Source of the DNA: Octopus vulgaris
Taxonomy: Eukaryota
Reading direction: 5' to 3'
Assembly: GCA_951406725.2 (NCBI GenBank)
Contig: OX597824.1
Span: forward strand, 98,270,001 to 98,334,000
Length of the DNA: 64,000 bases
The notes beneath the pieces are model-generated. The model made no database searches. It saw only the letters and a list, made by a program, of their open reading frames with translations, and was not told the origin of the DNA. A program made the translations under genes and the position numbers. Below are positions 24,441 through 37,447 of the stretch, in pieces. Each line of letters starts with the position of its first letter. The first letter of the stretch is position 1.

Positions 24441-24807
24441 GTGTATAACTGGCACCAGTATGTAACTGGTACTCGTTTCAGTCGAAGGTGAGATATGAAC
24501 TCAAGAGTCTAAGGATTACAACTAAATATGCCACCACTCTGTATTTAACCCAGTATCCTACCATTCCATTCCTGGCCCTCCACTACATTCTGGCAAAGGT
24601 TGGTGTTTATGTCTGTCATAGATCATGTCTGACATTAACAAAACTACGAAGTGAGTTTTGAAAAGTTGGCCACAAAACCTTTTATTTCTTGAGTCTGTCA
24701 AAAAGGAATGGAAAGATAAACAACAGACATCGAAAACTGATTTGGATGAAAAGATTTGTCACTTTTAACCCTTTCAGGATTCGATTTAAAACAGAAAATG
24801 ACAATGG

Positions 24808-24809
<2 letters not shown>

Positions 24810-24848
<39 letters not shown>

Positions 24849-25070
24849 GTTTAATATCTGTTTTCCATGCTGGCATGGGTTGGATGGGTTGACTGAGGAC
24901 TGGCAAGCCTGGAGGCTGCACCAGGCTCCAATCTGATCTTTCAAGGTTTCTACAGATGGATGCCCTTCCTAATGCCAACCACTCTGAGAGTGTAGTGGGT
25001 GCTTTTTACAGCATGGGGGCCAGTCAGGTGACACTGGCATCGGCCACGTTCAGATGGTGCTTTTTACGTG
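24810..25070 (-). mobile_element. RTE-tail-type repeat (family C) with (GAT)n tail
   Basis: Reverse of aaaagcacccactacactctc...ccaacccatgccagcatggaaa...gatgatg; many copies in the window. Confidence 0.75.
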
Positions 25071-25134
25071 CCTAAATCAAAACTCATTATTACTGTTATT
25101 GTTGTTGTCATTATTATTACTATTACTATTACTA

Positions 25135-25184
<50 letters not shown>

Positions 25185-25485
25185 ATTATTATAATTATTA
25201 TTGTTGTTATTGTTGTCACGAATAATAATCAGGTTATTTTGATATTTGGTAAATTCACAAGTCATGGAATTACAGTGTTAGAGTGTGTTCTCAAACGGTG
25301 TTTCTTTTTTCATTCTTTTGCAGTCGGTTATCTTGTTGGGCAGGCACAGAAGAAGAACAAGAAGAAGATGAAGAACAACTAGTAAAACTAGAAGATGAAG
25401 AGAAAGAAGAATATTCACTATGAACTCTTTGTGTTTCTTTCACTATTTTTCATTTTGGAATAGATTTATAGACACCTGTACCCAC

Positions 25486-25533
<48 letters not shown>

Positions 25534-26114
25534 GCATACTTAGTTACCTATTTACCAATCTCTCATACAAGACACACATTAAGCACTACTCTCGGTGCAT
25601 CCACTCCAAGACACCTGATTTCCTTCTCTTAGTTTGGATTGTATTTCATCACACAAAACAGAAAAAGAAAGAAAGAAAGAAAGAAAGAAAGCAACCAGGA
25701 TTGAGAAAACACATCATCATCAACATCATCATCATCATCGCCATTAACATCATCATCATCGTCATCATCATTGTCATCTTCCCAATCAGTAAACTACATT
25801 AACAGTCATAACAACAACAACAAAATGGTGAAAGAAAGAATAAATAATACCAAGAACACGAACATAAGAAAAAAAAGTAACTAGTCGTAGTAGACATAGC
25901 CCCTCCTCCCTTCATGTATAAATAAATAGATTCATAAACAGTTATGAGTGTCTTAGGGAAATTAAGAAAGAAAATCTACAAATTAAAACAACATAAACAA
26001 CAAAACAATTGTAAATAAACAAAACAACAACAACAGAAATAAAAGAGAGAAAGATGGAAGTTCCACCAGTGAAAAACCGGTGCCACTTGTTTGAGAAGAA
26101 TGAGGGAAAGTTTA

Positions 26115-26498
26115 GAAATTAGTACAAAAAAGGACTTTATAGAAATTAGTACAAAAAAGGACTTTATAGAAATTAGTACAAAAAAGGACTTTATAGAAAT
26201 TAGTACAAAAAAGGACTTTATAGAAATGAGTACAAAAAAGGACTTTATAGAAATGAGTACAAAAAAGGACTTTATAGAAATTAGTACAAAAAAGGACTTT
26301 ATAGAAATGAGTACAAAAAAGGACTTTATAGAAATTAGTACAAAAAAGGACTTTATAGAAATTAGTACAAAAAAGGACTTTATAGAAATGAGTACAAAAA
26401 AGGACTTTATAGAAATTAGTACAAAAAAGGACTTTATAGAAATTAGTACAAAAAAGGACTTTATAGAAATTAGTACAAAAAAGGACTTTATAGAAATT
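26115..26498. repeat. Minisatellite, 14 x 27 bp (GAAAT[T/G]AGTACAAAAAAGGACTTTATA)
   Basis: Direct read; a single T/G variable site. Confidence 0.97.
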
Positions 26499-27659
26499 CT
26501 TATAAACACAAACAGAAATGGAATCGGATCAAAACATAAACAATTGTAAACAAGAAACACACAAAAATATAAAAATGATAAATTAGAACCTAAAATTATG
26601 AACAAATTGCAAAACGGGACAACACCCCCCCCCACCCCCACCCACAGAATAGTGTCACTTTTACCAAACTCCTCCTCCTCCTCCTCCTCCTCCTCCTTAT
26701 TTTTGTTCTTCCTCATTCTTTGACGCCTGCAAAACATGGGATTTTTTTTCATCACTTTCTCTGTTTTGTCCTTTTTATTTTTTTGATAATATAAAAATAC
26801 CAGTTATAAACTGAGGGTTGAGCCACTTAACTGTACCTCTAACCCTAAAACATTGGTCTTGTGCCTAATCCAAAAGAAATCAATTATTATCACTATTATT
26901 ATTATCATTATTACAATTACTATTACTATTACTATCATTATTATTATTATCATTATTAATATTGTTATTATTACTACTTGTTGTTGTTGTTGTTATTTAA
27001 AGAGTGTTGGTGAGTGTCCTCTCTTTTAGTCTTTGAAGGCCTTTGCAAAAGAAAGTACCAGTCATTAACTGAGAATCGTAGAATTGACTGACATCATGCT
27101 TCTGCCGAAACGTTTGCTCTTCAACTGATGTTGTGTGAAGAATGGCAAAAAGTGGAATCAGTTGAGCATCAGACTAGATGTGGTGTTTTATTAAGAATGG
27201 TAAATGGCAGAAAGGAAAACAGCATCAGGCTAAATGTATCTTGGCATGTCGTTGTATGTCCTCAAGTTTTTAAGTTCAAATCATACTGAGGTTTACTCAG
27301 CCATTCAGATTTGTTTAGGGCCCATATAATAATAGGGCCTGAGGTTGTTCCCAACACAAGACTATTAAGAGGGGACAAAGATGGTAAATGCTGATGGGGG
27401 TGGGGGTGATATAATGAATTCCCCCCCCCACACACACACACACACTTCCATTCAATAATATCTAGGTCTGTATTTGTCATCAATTGCCAGAATCATTCAA
27501 ACATTGCAGGATTTAGTTGCAGTTCAAGTTGAGATCAACTTTACCGTTCATCTGACCTTTCATCTTTACCTTTGAACTTTACCTTTGAACTTTACCTTTC
27601 ATCTGCCCTGGAGTCAAAAGAATAAAGAATGAGTCAAGTATAAAATAAAGAAAATTGAC

Positions 27660-28045
27660 AGGAAAATATGCCAACTGCTGACTTGCAATAAGATGCACAA
27701 TGCAAAGGCAGATGCAGATTGTGTTTACCATTCCAGAGCCCAAGGAGATCGAGGCTTGATCCAGTTTGAACTCTCTTACAACACCACCACTACTGGTCTG
27801 ACTAAATATCTTGAAACATCTAATGTCTGGATGCTAAAACTCATTGAAAATCACAAGACATGTAAGAGGTTTCATTCTGTTATAAGGAGAACAAAAAGTT
27901 TGCTGTTGAGTTCAAGATCAAAGTTTATTGATCCGGAACGACTAAGCTAATGTGATGGAAAACAGAGTTGGCCCAGAGTGCCGATTCTGCAATGATGAGA
28001 TTGAAACAGTGGACCACTTAATGCCTGGATGTAAAGTTTTAGCTG
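27660..28045 (+). mobile_element. R4/Dong-type LINE fragment with internal deletion
   Basis: Y.SRAQGDRGLIQ (RT thumb) and the CRFCNDEIETVDHLMPGC zinc knuckle. Confidence 0.7.
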
Positions 28046-28200
28046 CTGGGTTGGCAGAATCTCTAGCATGTTAGACAAAATGCTTACTGTATTTCATCCA
28101 TCATTATGTTTTGAGTTCAAATCCTGCCGAGGTCAACTTTGCTTTTTGTCAGGGATCATAAAATTAGCACCATGTGCCTTCAAAGACTGCAATACTAAAA

Positions 28201-28237
<37 letters not shown>

Positions 28238-31200
28238 TTCTACTCTAGGCAAAAGGCCTGAAATTTTGAGAGAAGGATGAAAGGCAAAGTTGACCTTGAC
28301 GGTCAACTTTATGCTTTATCCTTTCAGGGTCGATATTATTATCATTAAACCTTTGAACTGGCAGAATTATTAGTGTTAGAAAGAAATGCTTTGTAGCCCT
28401 CATTTCAGCTCTTTGCATTTTAAGTTCAAGAGGTCAAATTTGCCTTTATTCCTTTAGGGTCAGCAAAATTATATCCCAATCAAGCCCTAGGGTTTATGGC
28501 ATCAACTACTACCTCCATGCATTCTGCTAAAGTATGTGATTGACTAGCCATAGTAATTTAAGTTCATGATCTTTTGAAATGAAAACATGAAATTAATTAA
28601 TGGCAGAAACTGTTAATTGCATAATCAAACAATAAAGTGCTAAGAGCAATTAACCAAATTTCCCTCAAATCCCACCTCATCATGAGGAAGGAAAAAGATA
28701 TGCTGCATAATGTTGTCCTATATAATTTGTAAAAGATGTGAGGGTCATGGTTGGAGCAATGGGCAGCAAAGCATGAGCACCAGCAATATAAAGGAAAAGT
28801 TTGTTGGAGCAAGAATAAAATTTTAAATTTTATGTCTCTGATTTTTGAACGAAAAGGGGATGAAAGAGGAAACGTAGAATAAGAATTTTGAGACAACAAA
28901 AAGAAACAGGAACCATATCAATGGACGCCTGTGTAACGAGGAAACGAAAATGTCTGCTGGAATATGCAAAGATGAAAATAAAGTAAATAACAATATAATC
29001 CAATTAAATGGCAATAATTTAGGTCATTCATAGAATATCATTAGCATTCAAAATACGAGAACATTCTACAATATTAAAGGAAGAAATTAATGAAATAAAA
29101 TAAAAATTTAAAAATACTAACTTTGAAAACATGGCTACAGATCGCTCTCTATTCATTAAGGTATACATCGTAAACAGCCTGCAACTTGACAGAGAGTACG
29201 AGAGTGAGAGAGAGAGTGGGAAAGAGAGAGTGAGAGAGAGGGGGCGAAAGATAGACAGAGAGCTGAAAAGAAAGAAAAAATTATAATGATGTCAGAAATT
29301 TCTCTATAAAATGTTTCTATGGTACACCAGTCTTTCATTTTGTGCAAACAGTTATAAAGAACATCAGTTCTTGAATTTAAGCTCTGTGATAATATTAAAA
29401 CTTTTTTTTTGGCTAAAGCAAAGATAATAAGTCAGATTATTTCACTTGTCATCATAATGTAAGCTGGTACAAAAATAAAAATGTACAATTCTTAAATATA
29501 TCTTCAAAGCTCAACCCACTCAAAAATACCTTGGGTTGACTAATGAATGTCTATTAGTAATATCTTATCTTAAATGTACTTGTTGTTAACATAAGTACAA
29601 TCGTTATTTCATTACATTGGCCATTAAGGCAAGTACAATCTTTGTCGAGCGCAAACCTTCACACAACTCTAACTTGACACAGGACTGAACTAGTAAAGTA
29701 GTTTCCATGAGGTGAGCAGATACAAGAGATCGTACAATTACAGTTGCCTTCCGTTATGTTATTACCATTGTGTGACAAGTGTTTTGCAGTAATGGATTTG
29801 ACAACAAATTGTATGAATGGTGATGTTGCATTTTAGCAAGACATAGATTTTTAATAAAGCATAGAGAATTAGAGAGAAAAAAGAAAGAAATGAAGCGAAC
29901 ATGCTTTGCTAGATGTGTAATGTTAGTGTTTATGAATGAGAGCACAAATGAGCTGAGAGAAAAACTGGTTATAAAAAGAATCAGACACACTGTACAAGGG
30001 TGCAGTCGTGTGCTGGGACAAGCGTGTGAAACATATGGATTTATATAAAGATGTTCTTCATGCTTAAAGTGGATGGAACCTGTGAAAGACAATAATGAAG
30101 GAATACATTGGATGAATTGATGAAGACAAAAGGGACAACAGAGAACTTAATAAGGGGCGACGTTCCATACTGAAAAAGACCCAACCAACCAATGCAAACA
30201 TAGAAAAACGGATGTAAAGCTGGTGGTGATCTATGTTTGAATATTGAATATCTCCATATAGTCTCTCTTGTTCATGTTAAGTCTCCATCTACTGACCTCT
30301 CTCTCCCAGTTCTTCAATACCCTCTCATCTATCACACACCCTATCACCATGATTTTCCACCATCAGGTTATCTGTGTAATGAGGAGTATAGTCAGTATTT
30401 AACCCCTATTTTTATTTGTTCCCCTTGATCACTCTTCTATCACTTATTAACAGCCATTACTCATCTTTATTGCTACAATCATTTCCTCTCCCCACTTCTC
30501 TCTCTCTCTCTCTTTCTCTCTTTCTCTATCTTACACACACACACACATTTCCATTCGACGTTCACAGCCCTGTCTCCCTCCAGTCAGTCTATCTCTCTTC
30601 CTCCATCATATTACTACAAATGCCTTTTTCTATCCAATCTCTTTACCAACAACCAAAATATAACAGTCCTCCACTGTTCCCCTTCTCCTCTCACTCCTAT
30701 CACATTTTTTCTTCTTTCACTCACATATGGGACAACACACAGCTTGGCATCGTACCAATACGTCGACACTCGTTTAATTCCACTATTCTGATCGACCCTT
30801 TTATCTCTCTGGTGCCTTGTTTTCTGTTCACAACCAATACATCCTATCATCTTTGTTTCTGTACCGCCTACCATTACTCACTATCACACAGGTCACAATT
30901 TGAAGGGAAATATACCAGAAAAAAGGAAAAAGCTCAAAAGCAATTCCTGGGGTATGACTGTCTCCCTTGCTTCAGTACTGCTTTTAGATCAACGATTCAT
31001 CTAAAACATCAGAAAGAATAGTCATGGAATACAAACATAAATGCCAATGAAAAAACTTCAAGATATCCTTGACAAAGAGTAACTGCTGAAAATATTAATG
31101 TAGGCAATCTTGATGAACACGTTCGTAATCTAAACATCTTTGACTCCTTGAAAAAAATGAAAGCCAACTTCCATATTAAAGAAAATTGGGCAAAAATAAT

Positions 31201-32239
31201 AAATTTACATCTTGTAGAAACATAAAATGTTCTCAAGTAATAGCAGCAGGTTTGTTGATGAGACTAAAACAAAAAACAACTTTCCAAAGTAGGTGACTAA
31301 AATAATATGGCGCTACATTCAGACATCTTGTAGCTACCATTGTCATACCATTAACACACTTTGTTTAATTTCTTAGCCACAGAAACTGGGACAGATAGCA
31401 ATTTCTCATAAACAACTCTACAACCTACGTTAAGATGTACAACAAACAAATTGTACAAATACTTGTTATATCAACACCAATGGAGGACTAAACGTCAACA
31501 TCTTTAGACTGAGATCTGTTCTTTCAGACTGTTTTTGAAAATGAATTCATTTATTTCGTTTACCACAATTTTGTTTACGGTATCTCATCCTTTTTGATGA
31601 CAGACTTTACGAATTGTGTAATCGTAGAAACCGTCTAGTCTGCTTCGTGAATAACTAATTCTTAAGAAAAATCATAATTTATAAGTTCTCTGTAAAAATC
31701 ATTATATAGGTGATTGCGTAACAACATTTAAACCTCGGTTATAGTGTCAAAAGCTTTTATTTAAATTAAGAAGGAAAAAACTGTAGCGGAAGCATCTACG
31801 TAATAATAGACACTCTAAGGTGTTTTGACCGAGTACTTATATATTAGATTTTCCCTTAAACATTGGTTATCTAGAGAGTATTTGTTATGGCTCCTAAAAT
31901 TACACATTCTGTTGGGTATGTAGTAATAAGAGACCTTTTTTAAATACTATTAGTGTTATTGTTATTAGTCAGAGGAAATACTGAAGTATCATCATCCCCG
32001 TTATCTGTTCCATTAGAGATATACTCATATTGGTCTATACATTCTGAATAAAGACACGTACTTTCATTCTTTTTGAACATGTTTAGCTTTCTAAAGATAA
32101 TAGCCTACACTATAATATCTGCCAAGTTAGGTGTTGTGGAATATGCAAGCTTCTTGATACTGCTATTGAATATCTTACTATATCTACCATAAGGGTGTAG
32201 GGAAGGTTTGTCTAAGGCATCAAAGAAAATACCCGGGAT

Positions 32240-33760
32240 TTGCTTAATAAAAATTCCCCTCAGTTGGCTTTCATCTCTACAAAGAGGAAAGGGGCAAATG
32301 GCCACTCCCTCGATAGGCTTAGGAAGAACCTAAACCATAATTCTCTTAGCTTCAAGGTCACGACAGGAACCAACCGGCAGACGGTTGATTTCCTTGATGT
32401 GACTATGGACTTGGAATCTGGTATCTATTGGTCCTTTAGGAATCCGAATGAGATGACCTATATTAAAAGGTTTCTGTCATCGGCCCATAGTGTTCAGGAA
32501 CCTAGCGAAAGGGGTCAGCATAAGATTCACAACCTCTCTTCAAGTAGAGAGATTTCTATCGCCGCGACCTGTACTATAACGAAGCTCTATTTCACACCCG
32601 ACCTCAAACTCACCAAGATAGAAGCCACCGGAAAGTATTGTGGTTCACACCCCTTTCTTTCCATGGGTAAAACTTGTGTGGGTAAGATATTCCTTAGATT
32701 AGCACACAAATACTTTTCTCAGACCAATAGATTCCATAGAATATTTAATAGACTCACATTAAAAGTGCCTTTTAATTGTTCACACAGTATAAAGAAGATG
32801 TTAATGGCTAGGCCCATACCTGAAATAGAAGCGGAAACCTCATGCAGACACCATATGTCCCCCTAAATGGTCACTGCAACATAGTAACAGTCAGGGCCGG
32901 ATTAAGACCCATAGAGGCCCTAAGCACTTAAAAGGTTTTGGTGCCCTCAAGTATATGTAAATAGTTCAAAATTTAAACAAAAAATATTCAAAATGTGAAT
33001 GATAATAAACCATAAAATAAATTTTTATTTTTCCAAATGAAACAAAATTAACAAAAAGATGGAAAATAATGTTTATTTTTGTATATTTCCACTTTATTTG
33101 GATTTGAAAAAATTTCTCCTTTTTTTTTACTTGCAAAGTGTTTGATGATATCGTTAAAATGAGTTTTACGTAAAACTTCTGCTTCTATACTTAGTAGAGA
33201 TAAGGCATTACGAATATCATTTTAGCAAGTTTTAAATGATTTCTTTTGTACCGTAAACCATTTCCATATCTGTGGTGCCCCTCCTTCCCTTGATGCCCTA
33301 AGCACGTGTTTATTTTGCTTAATGGGTTAATCCAGCGCTGGCGATAGTCGTATTCGAGGTAGTGGTGGCGTCAAAGGACCTTAGTGAACATCAAACACGT
33401 GGAAGTATGTTGGTGCGATAGAAGGCCCATTCAGAAACAGATTTAACGACCACAAGTTCTTCTTCAATATTCAGGAGAGACGCAATGTCGTAATCCTAGC
33501 TAGGTATATATGGTCGTTAAAGGAAAGCACAACCGATTACAACATCAAGTGGAGAATGTTGGAGAGGTGTAATCCTTATTTTAACAGGATCAGAAAGTGC
33601 AGGCTGTGCCTAGCCGATAAAAGAATTATATTTGAACAAAAACTCCTTTTACCCGGACACCTAATTAAACGGCAGAAGCGAAAGTTTTATCTCGTGTCCA
33701 CATGACAAAAGATATGTGATCGCTTATCTACGGGCTCCACCAAGATTATAAACGCTAGGA
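32240..33760 (+). mobile_element. Penelope-like element remnant (RT C-terminus plus GIY-YIG endonuclease)
   Basis: VDFLDVTMDLESGIY (RT), CPLNGHC, then KYVGAIEGPFRNRFNDHK...LARYIWSLK...YNIKW...CRLCLADK; frameshifted and split by a hAT insertion. Confidence 0.85.
32892..33340 (-). mobile_element. Non-autonomous hAT element with dimerisation-domain remnant
   Basis: TIRs cagggccggattaa / ttaatccagcgctg; minus strand NALSLLSIEAEVLRKTHFNDIIKHFASKK; degenerate 8-bp TSD gtaacagt/gcgatagt. Confidence 0.8.
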
Positions 33761-33954
33761 TCTCCAACATTGGTCCTTCCACCATCACACCCTGAGCACC
33801 TAGCAACGTTTTCATCAAACCACACACACATACAGACATATATGCATATGTACTCACACATGAGGTTAAAGAGTTGGGCATCTGTACTATTTCACCTCTC
33901 TAAACAAATAGAAAACCCCCTACACATATGTGCTCATCTTTGCTGTTACATCTC

Positions 33955-34650
33955 ACAAATTAACCTTTTTTTGGACCCAATAGTGACTGGTGACGAGAAA
34001 TGGGTTCTCTATAAAAATGTCAAGTGCCGAAGACAGTGGGTAGGGAAAGGAGAAATACTGGCACCCCAGGCTAAAGAAGATCTTCATCCACATAAGGAGT
34101 TATTATCTGTTTAGTGGGATATGAAAGGTTTAGTCGACTTTGAACTTTTAAACCCAAACCAAATGATAACAAAGGAGATCTATTGCGAGCAGCTTGAGTG
34201 GCTTAAGTCAGCTCTAGAAGAAAAATGACCATATTTGGTTTTAAGACGAAAGGTATTCTTCCATCAGGATAATACTTGGCCACATATAGTGAGGATGACA
34301 TTCGAAAGTCTGGAGCAGTTTGAAAGGGAAACGATGCCCCACCCATAATACTCGCCAGACATTGCTCCACCTGATTACCATTTATTCCGCAGTCTTCAAA
34401 ATCATTAGGACGGAAAAAATATGAATTCTGTAGATGAGGTCAGAACAGTACTGGAGGAGTATCTTTCATCACAGACAAAGTGAATTCTGGAAGAGAGGAG
34501 CCTTGCAAGTCTACCAGATAGATGGACGAGCTTGTAGAAAATGAGGGAGAGTATATTTTAGATTTAAAAAAAAAAAATCTTTGTTTATCTTAATTCTGAA
34601 GAGTAAAAGAAGTATAAAAATAACCTGCATTATTTATGGGATGACCCAAT
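33955..34650 (+). pseudogene. Mariner (DD34D) transposase pseudogene with right TIR
   Basis: IVTGDEKWVLY...LHPHK...FHQDN..PH...HP*YSPDIAPPDYHLFRSLQN with several stops; terminus gcattatttatgggatgacccaat. Confidence 0.92.
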
Positions 34651-34669
34651 GTGTGTGTGTGTGTGTGAA

Positions 34670-34982
34670 AAAGAACCCCTTCGACCATGAATGACCATGG
34701 GATTGTGCCTAGAAAGCTACCTTCCTTGTCCGGGGACAAAGTTGTTTGTGGAAGACCTGCAATCACCCAAGCATGTCAGCCTCCCCTCTCCACACCACTG
34801 ATGTTATGCAAGGGAAAGGCAAAGGGGCCGATAAAGCTTGGCACCTATGACGTCACAACTCATTCATACAGCTGAGTGAACAGGAGTAACGTGAAATAAC
34901 GTGACTTGCTCAAGAACACAACACACTGCCCGGTCTGGGAATCGAACTCACTACCTCATGATCGTGAGCCGGATGCTCTAAC
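34670..34982 (-). mobile_element. SINE family E
   Basis: Reverse complement of the 22343-22670 family. Confidence 0.7.
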
Positions 34983-35189
34983 ACACACACACATATATAT
35001 AAACAAACCATTCGCTATATAACCGCTATGTTAAGTGGACGTTACCAAACCCACACCGCTCTGAGGGTGGGTGGGACAAAAGACAATGATAGGATAAGTA
35101 CCAGATTTCAAATGAAAAGCGCAGGAGACAATCGGATTGGTGAAACACTGGAAGGCAGCGTCCAAGTATGGCCGCAGTCCATTAAATAA

Positions 35190-35880
35190 AACAAGAAATC
35201 TTGGTCAAATCTTGATGTTTGACCCAAGCAAAATAAAAAATAGTGCAATAGATGTAAAACAAAATGTAATAAACGAATAAAAATAAATGCGCGCTGGCGA
35301 GGGGGAGGGGAGGACCAGGACAATTCACATGATCCGATATTTTCCCAAAAGAAAATGGATATTCTTCCCAACCACACGGTTCCAGGTTTAGTCCCACTGC
35401 ATGGCACCGTGGCCCCAAGTGAATTTTCAGAGTCCTCCACCCCGCCTCCCTTTACCTGAGTGCATTTTTTCCCCTATTCATTTACTACATGTTGTTTTAC
35501 ATCTATTGCACAATTTTTGGTTTTATCATTTTTGTGACCGGGTGTCGAAGTGGGGGTCACTGGATCGGGTGAATTATCCGAGTCCGCGCCCCACCCAACT
35601 TCCGTCTCAAAAATTGAACAAAAAATAGTGTACTAGGAGTAAAATAATGCGTAGTAAACGAATATGAAAAAAAAAAACGTTCGCCGACGAACGGGGAAGT
35701 GGTGAAAGGACCCGGAACATTCCCCATGGGAATATTCCGGGTCCTCTCCCCCCGCCTCCATTTACCTGCGCGCATTTTTTTTATATTCGTTTACTACATG
35801 TTGCTTTACACCTATCGCACTATTTTTTTTTTTTTTTTTGCTCGGGTCAAACACTGGAGTTTGACCGAAATCTTTTGTGC
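35190..35880. repeat. Three related ~150-bp units (one inverted, two direct), foldback-like
   Basis: 35190-35345 is the reverse complement of 35725-35880; 35420-35545 is a direct, degenerate copy. Confidence 0.65.
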
Positions 35881-35959
35881 TGGAATTGAAAACAATTGTT
35901 GTATTTAAACAATAAAACTGGGGCAAAAAAGTCTTAATTTTGAATTTCTTTCGTTAATT

Positions 35960-36045
35960 AAATTTCCGCGCGTTATTTCGAGCCAAGGGAGGTAATAAAC
36001 CGTTATTTCGCGTCGATTTCTTCACGTGGATCTTTTGTCGGATTT
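35960..36045 (+). promoter_or_regulatory. Candidate RIOX1 promoter / non-coding first exon with E-box
   Basis: Local CpG cluster, CGTTATTTCG twice (35971, 36001), CACGTG at 36023-36028 and a strong donor TTT|gtaagt at 36046, about 2.5 kb upstream of the ATG exon. Confidence 0.45.
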
Positions 36046-36799
36046 GTAAGTTTCATCCTTTTGTTTTTTTTAACCATTATTTAATCTTAATTAACTGTAA
36101 TTAACGTTCAGAATTATCCCGCTGACCTTTTACTACATTATAATATAATATTATTCCTTCTATAATCTTTATTTCCCCACCTAATCTCCTATATTAACCA
36201 TTTAAACTACCTCGATCTGTTTCCTTTTCATTGAAGCCAGATTTTGTTTCGTTTTCTTCTGCGAATCGGAAACTTTTTGGATATTTTATAAATTCCCAAC
36301 ATTTCTTCTATTTGCTGTTAACAATAACCACAATTTCTAACACAAATGTAAAGCCAGAAATCTTTCTTTTGGGTCGAGGTGGGGCGAAATGGTGAAATCA
36401 TTCGGGCAATACTTGGATGGTGTTTACTTTTAGCGACCCCTCATTATAACGTGTGTTTACGTTTTCATAAATGAATTCATCAGTAATAACGCTAAAACAC
36501 TAAATATTTTAAACAAATAAATGCATTAAACCAATATTTTTGCAGCTATAACAATTTCAAATAACAACAGTTCTTAAATGTCTTGTTTCCGGTTAAATAA
36601 ACTCCGTTTTATTTTATGGCAAATTCATAAAACATAGCAATTTTTTTACGAATATTGTAAAAGTTAAATTTACAGAATAACACACACAACATCTGGTAGT
36701 TGTCCAGTCTTCGGTTTCTATTAGCAACCATTCCTTTTTGACCCTTTGTTGTTGGTCACGGCACTTATGTATTTTCACTCCTAAATGGTTGAATACTGG

Positions 36800-37375
36800 T
36801 CCAATTCCTTCATTAAACTTTACTACTCTCCTACAGACTCTTCCAAGAATTTGCCATTTTCTCCCAGAACCTGCATTTCCTTATTTTCAGTTTCACATGT
36901 TCTTTAAATGAACTCTTTGTTGTCATTTCTTCCCGGTTCACACATGTCTTAACATTTTCAGGTGTAAATTCCACTTTTGGTATCTATTCACGAAAATGAG
37001 TCACAAGTAGATTCCAACACGTTTCCACATTATCTTCCGTAGTCAACAATGGATTAAACCACCTCACAAAGTCGATCCCTGTACGAAAGGCCTTTCATTG
37101 TCAGAATAGTCTTTCTGCTTCATCCATTCTATATTTTCCACCAGTTGTTCTTTACTTTTTACAATGCCCAAATATGATTTACATATTTCAGGTGTGATCT
37201 CACTATTTCTAGCGCTTCCTGATGCCATCCTGGCATCGTTATTTTGCTCACCAAACTTTGATCCAACTCCTTTTCCTCATTCACTTCCTTTCATTTCTTC
37301 TTTCATTTCGTATTTTCCTTTCTGTTGTTCTTCGCTTTCTCGTAAACCCAAATCTCCCAAGTGAAAACCGTACAT
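36800..37375 (-). pseudogene. Decayed coding sequence of unknown family (possibly retroelement ORF1/gag)
   Basis: ATG at 37375; MYGFHLGDLGLRESEE... and GIDFVRWFNPLLTTEDNVETCWNLLVTHFRE*IPKVEF..., nearly open with two stops and a frameshift. Confidence 0.3.
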
Positions 37376-37447
37376 TATAGCCTAAGAATACCTTTTTGTT
37401 TTTCTCTCTCTCTCTCGGATGTTCGAAATTTAAACTCAGAACATTCT

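Noticed and set aside
26115-26498. CRISPR-like array
   Set aside because: The units are contiguous with no unique spacers, there are no cas genes, and the context is eukaryotic.
25976-26755. 259-aa hydrophobic repeat ORF on -
   Set aside because: It is the product of the 27-bp minisatellite and low-complexity flanks.
28760-31520. Host gene in a long A-rich stretch, including the 201-aa ORF at 30416
   Set aside because: No motifs; the ORF arises from CT-rich low complexity; the region is probably an old LINE that I cannot classify.
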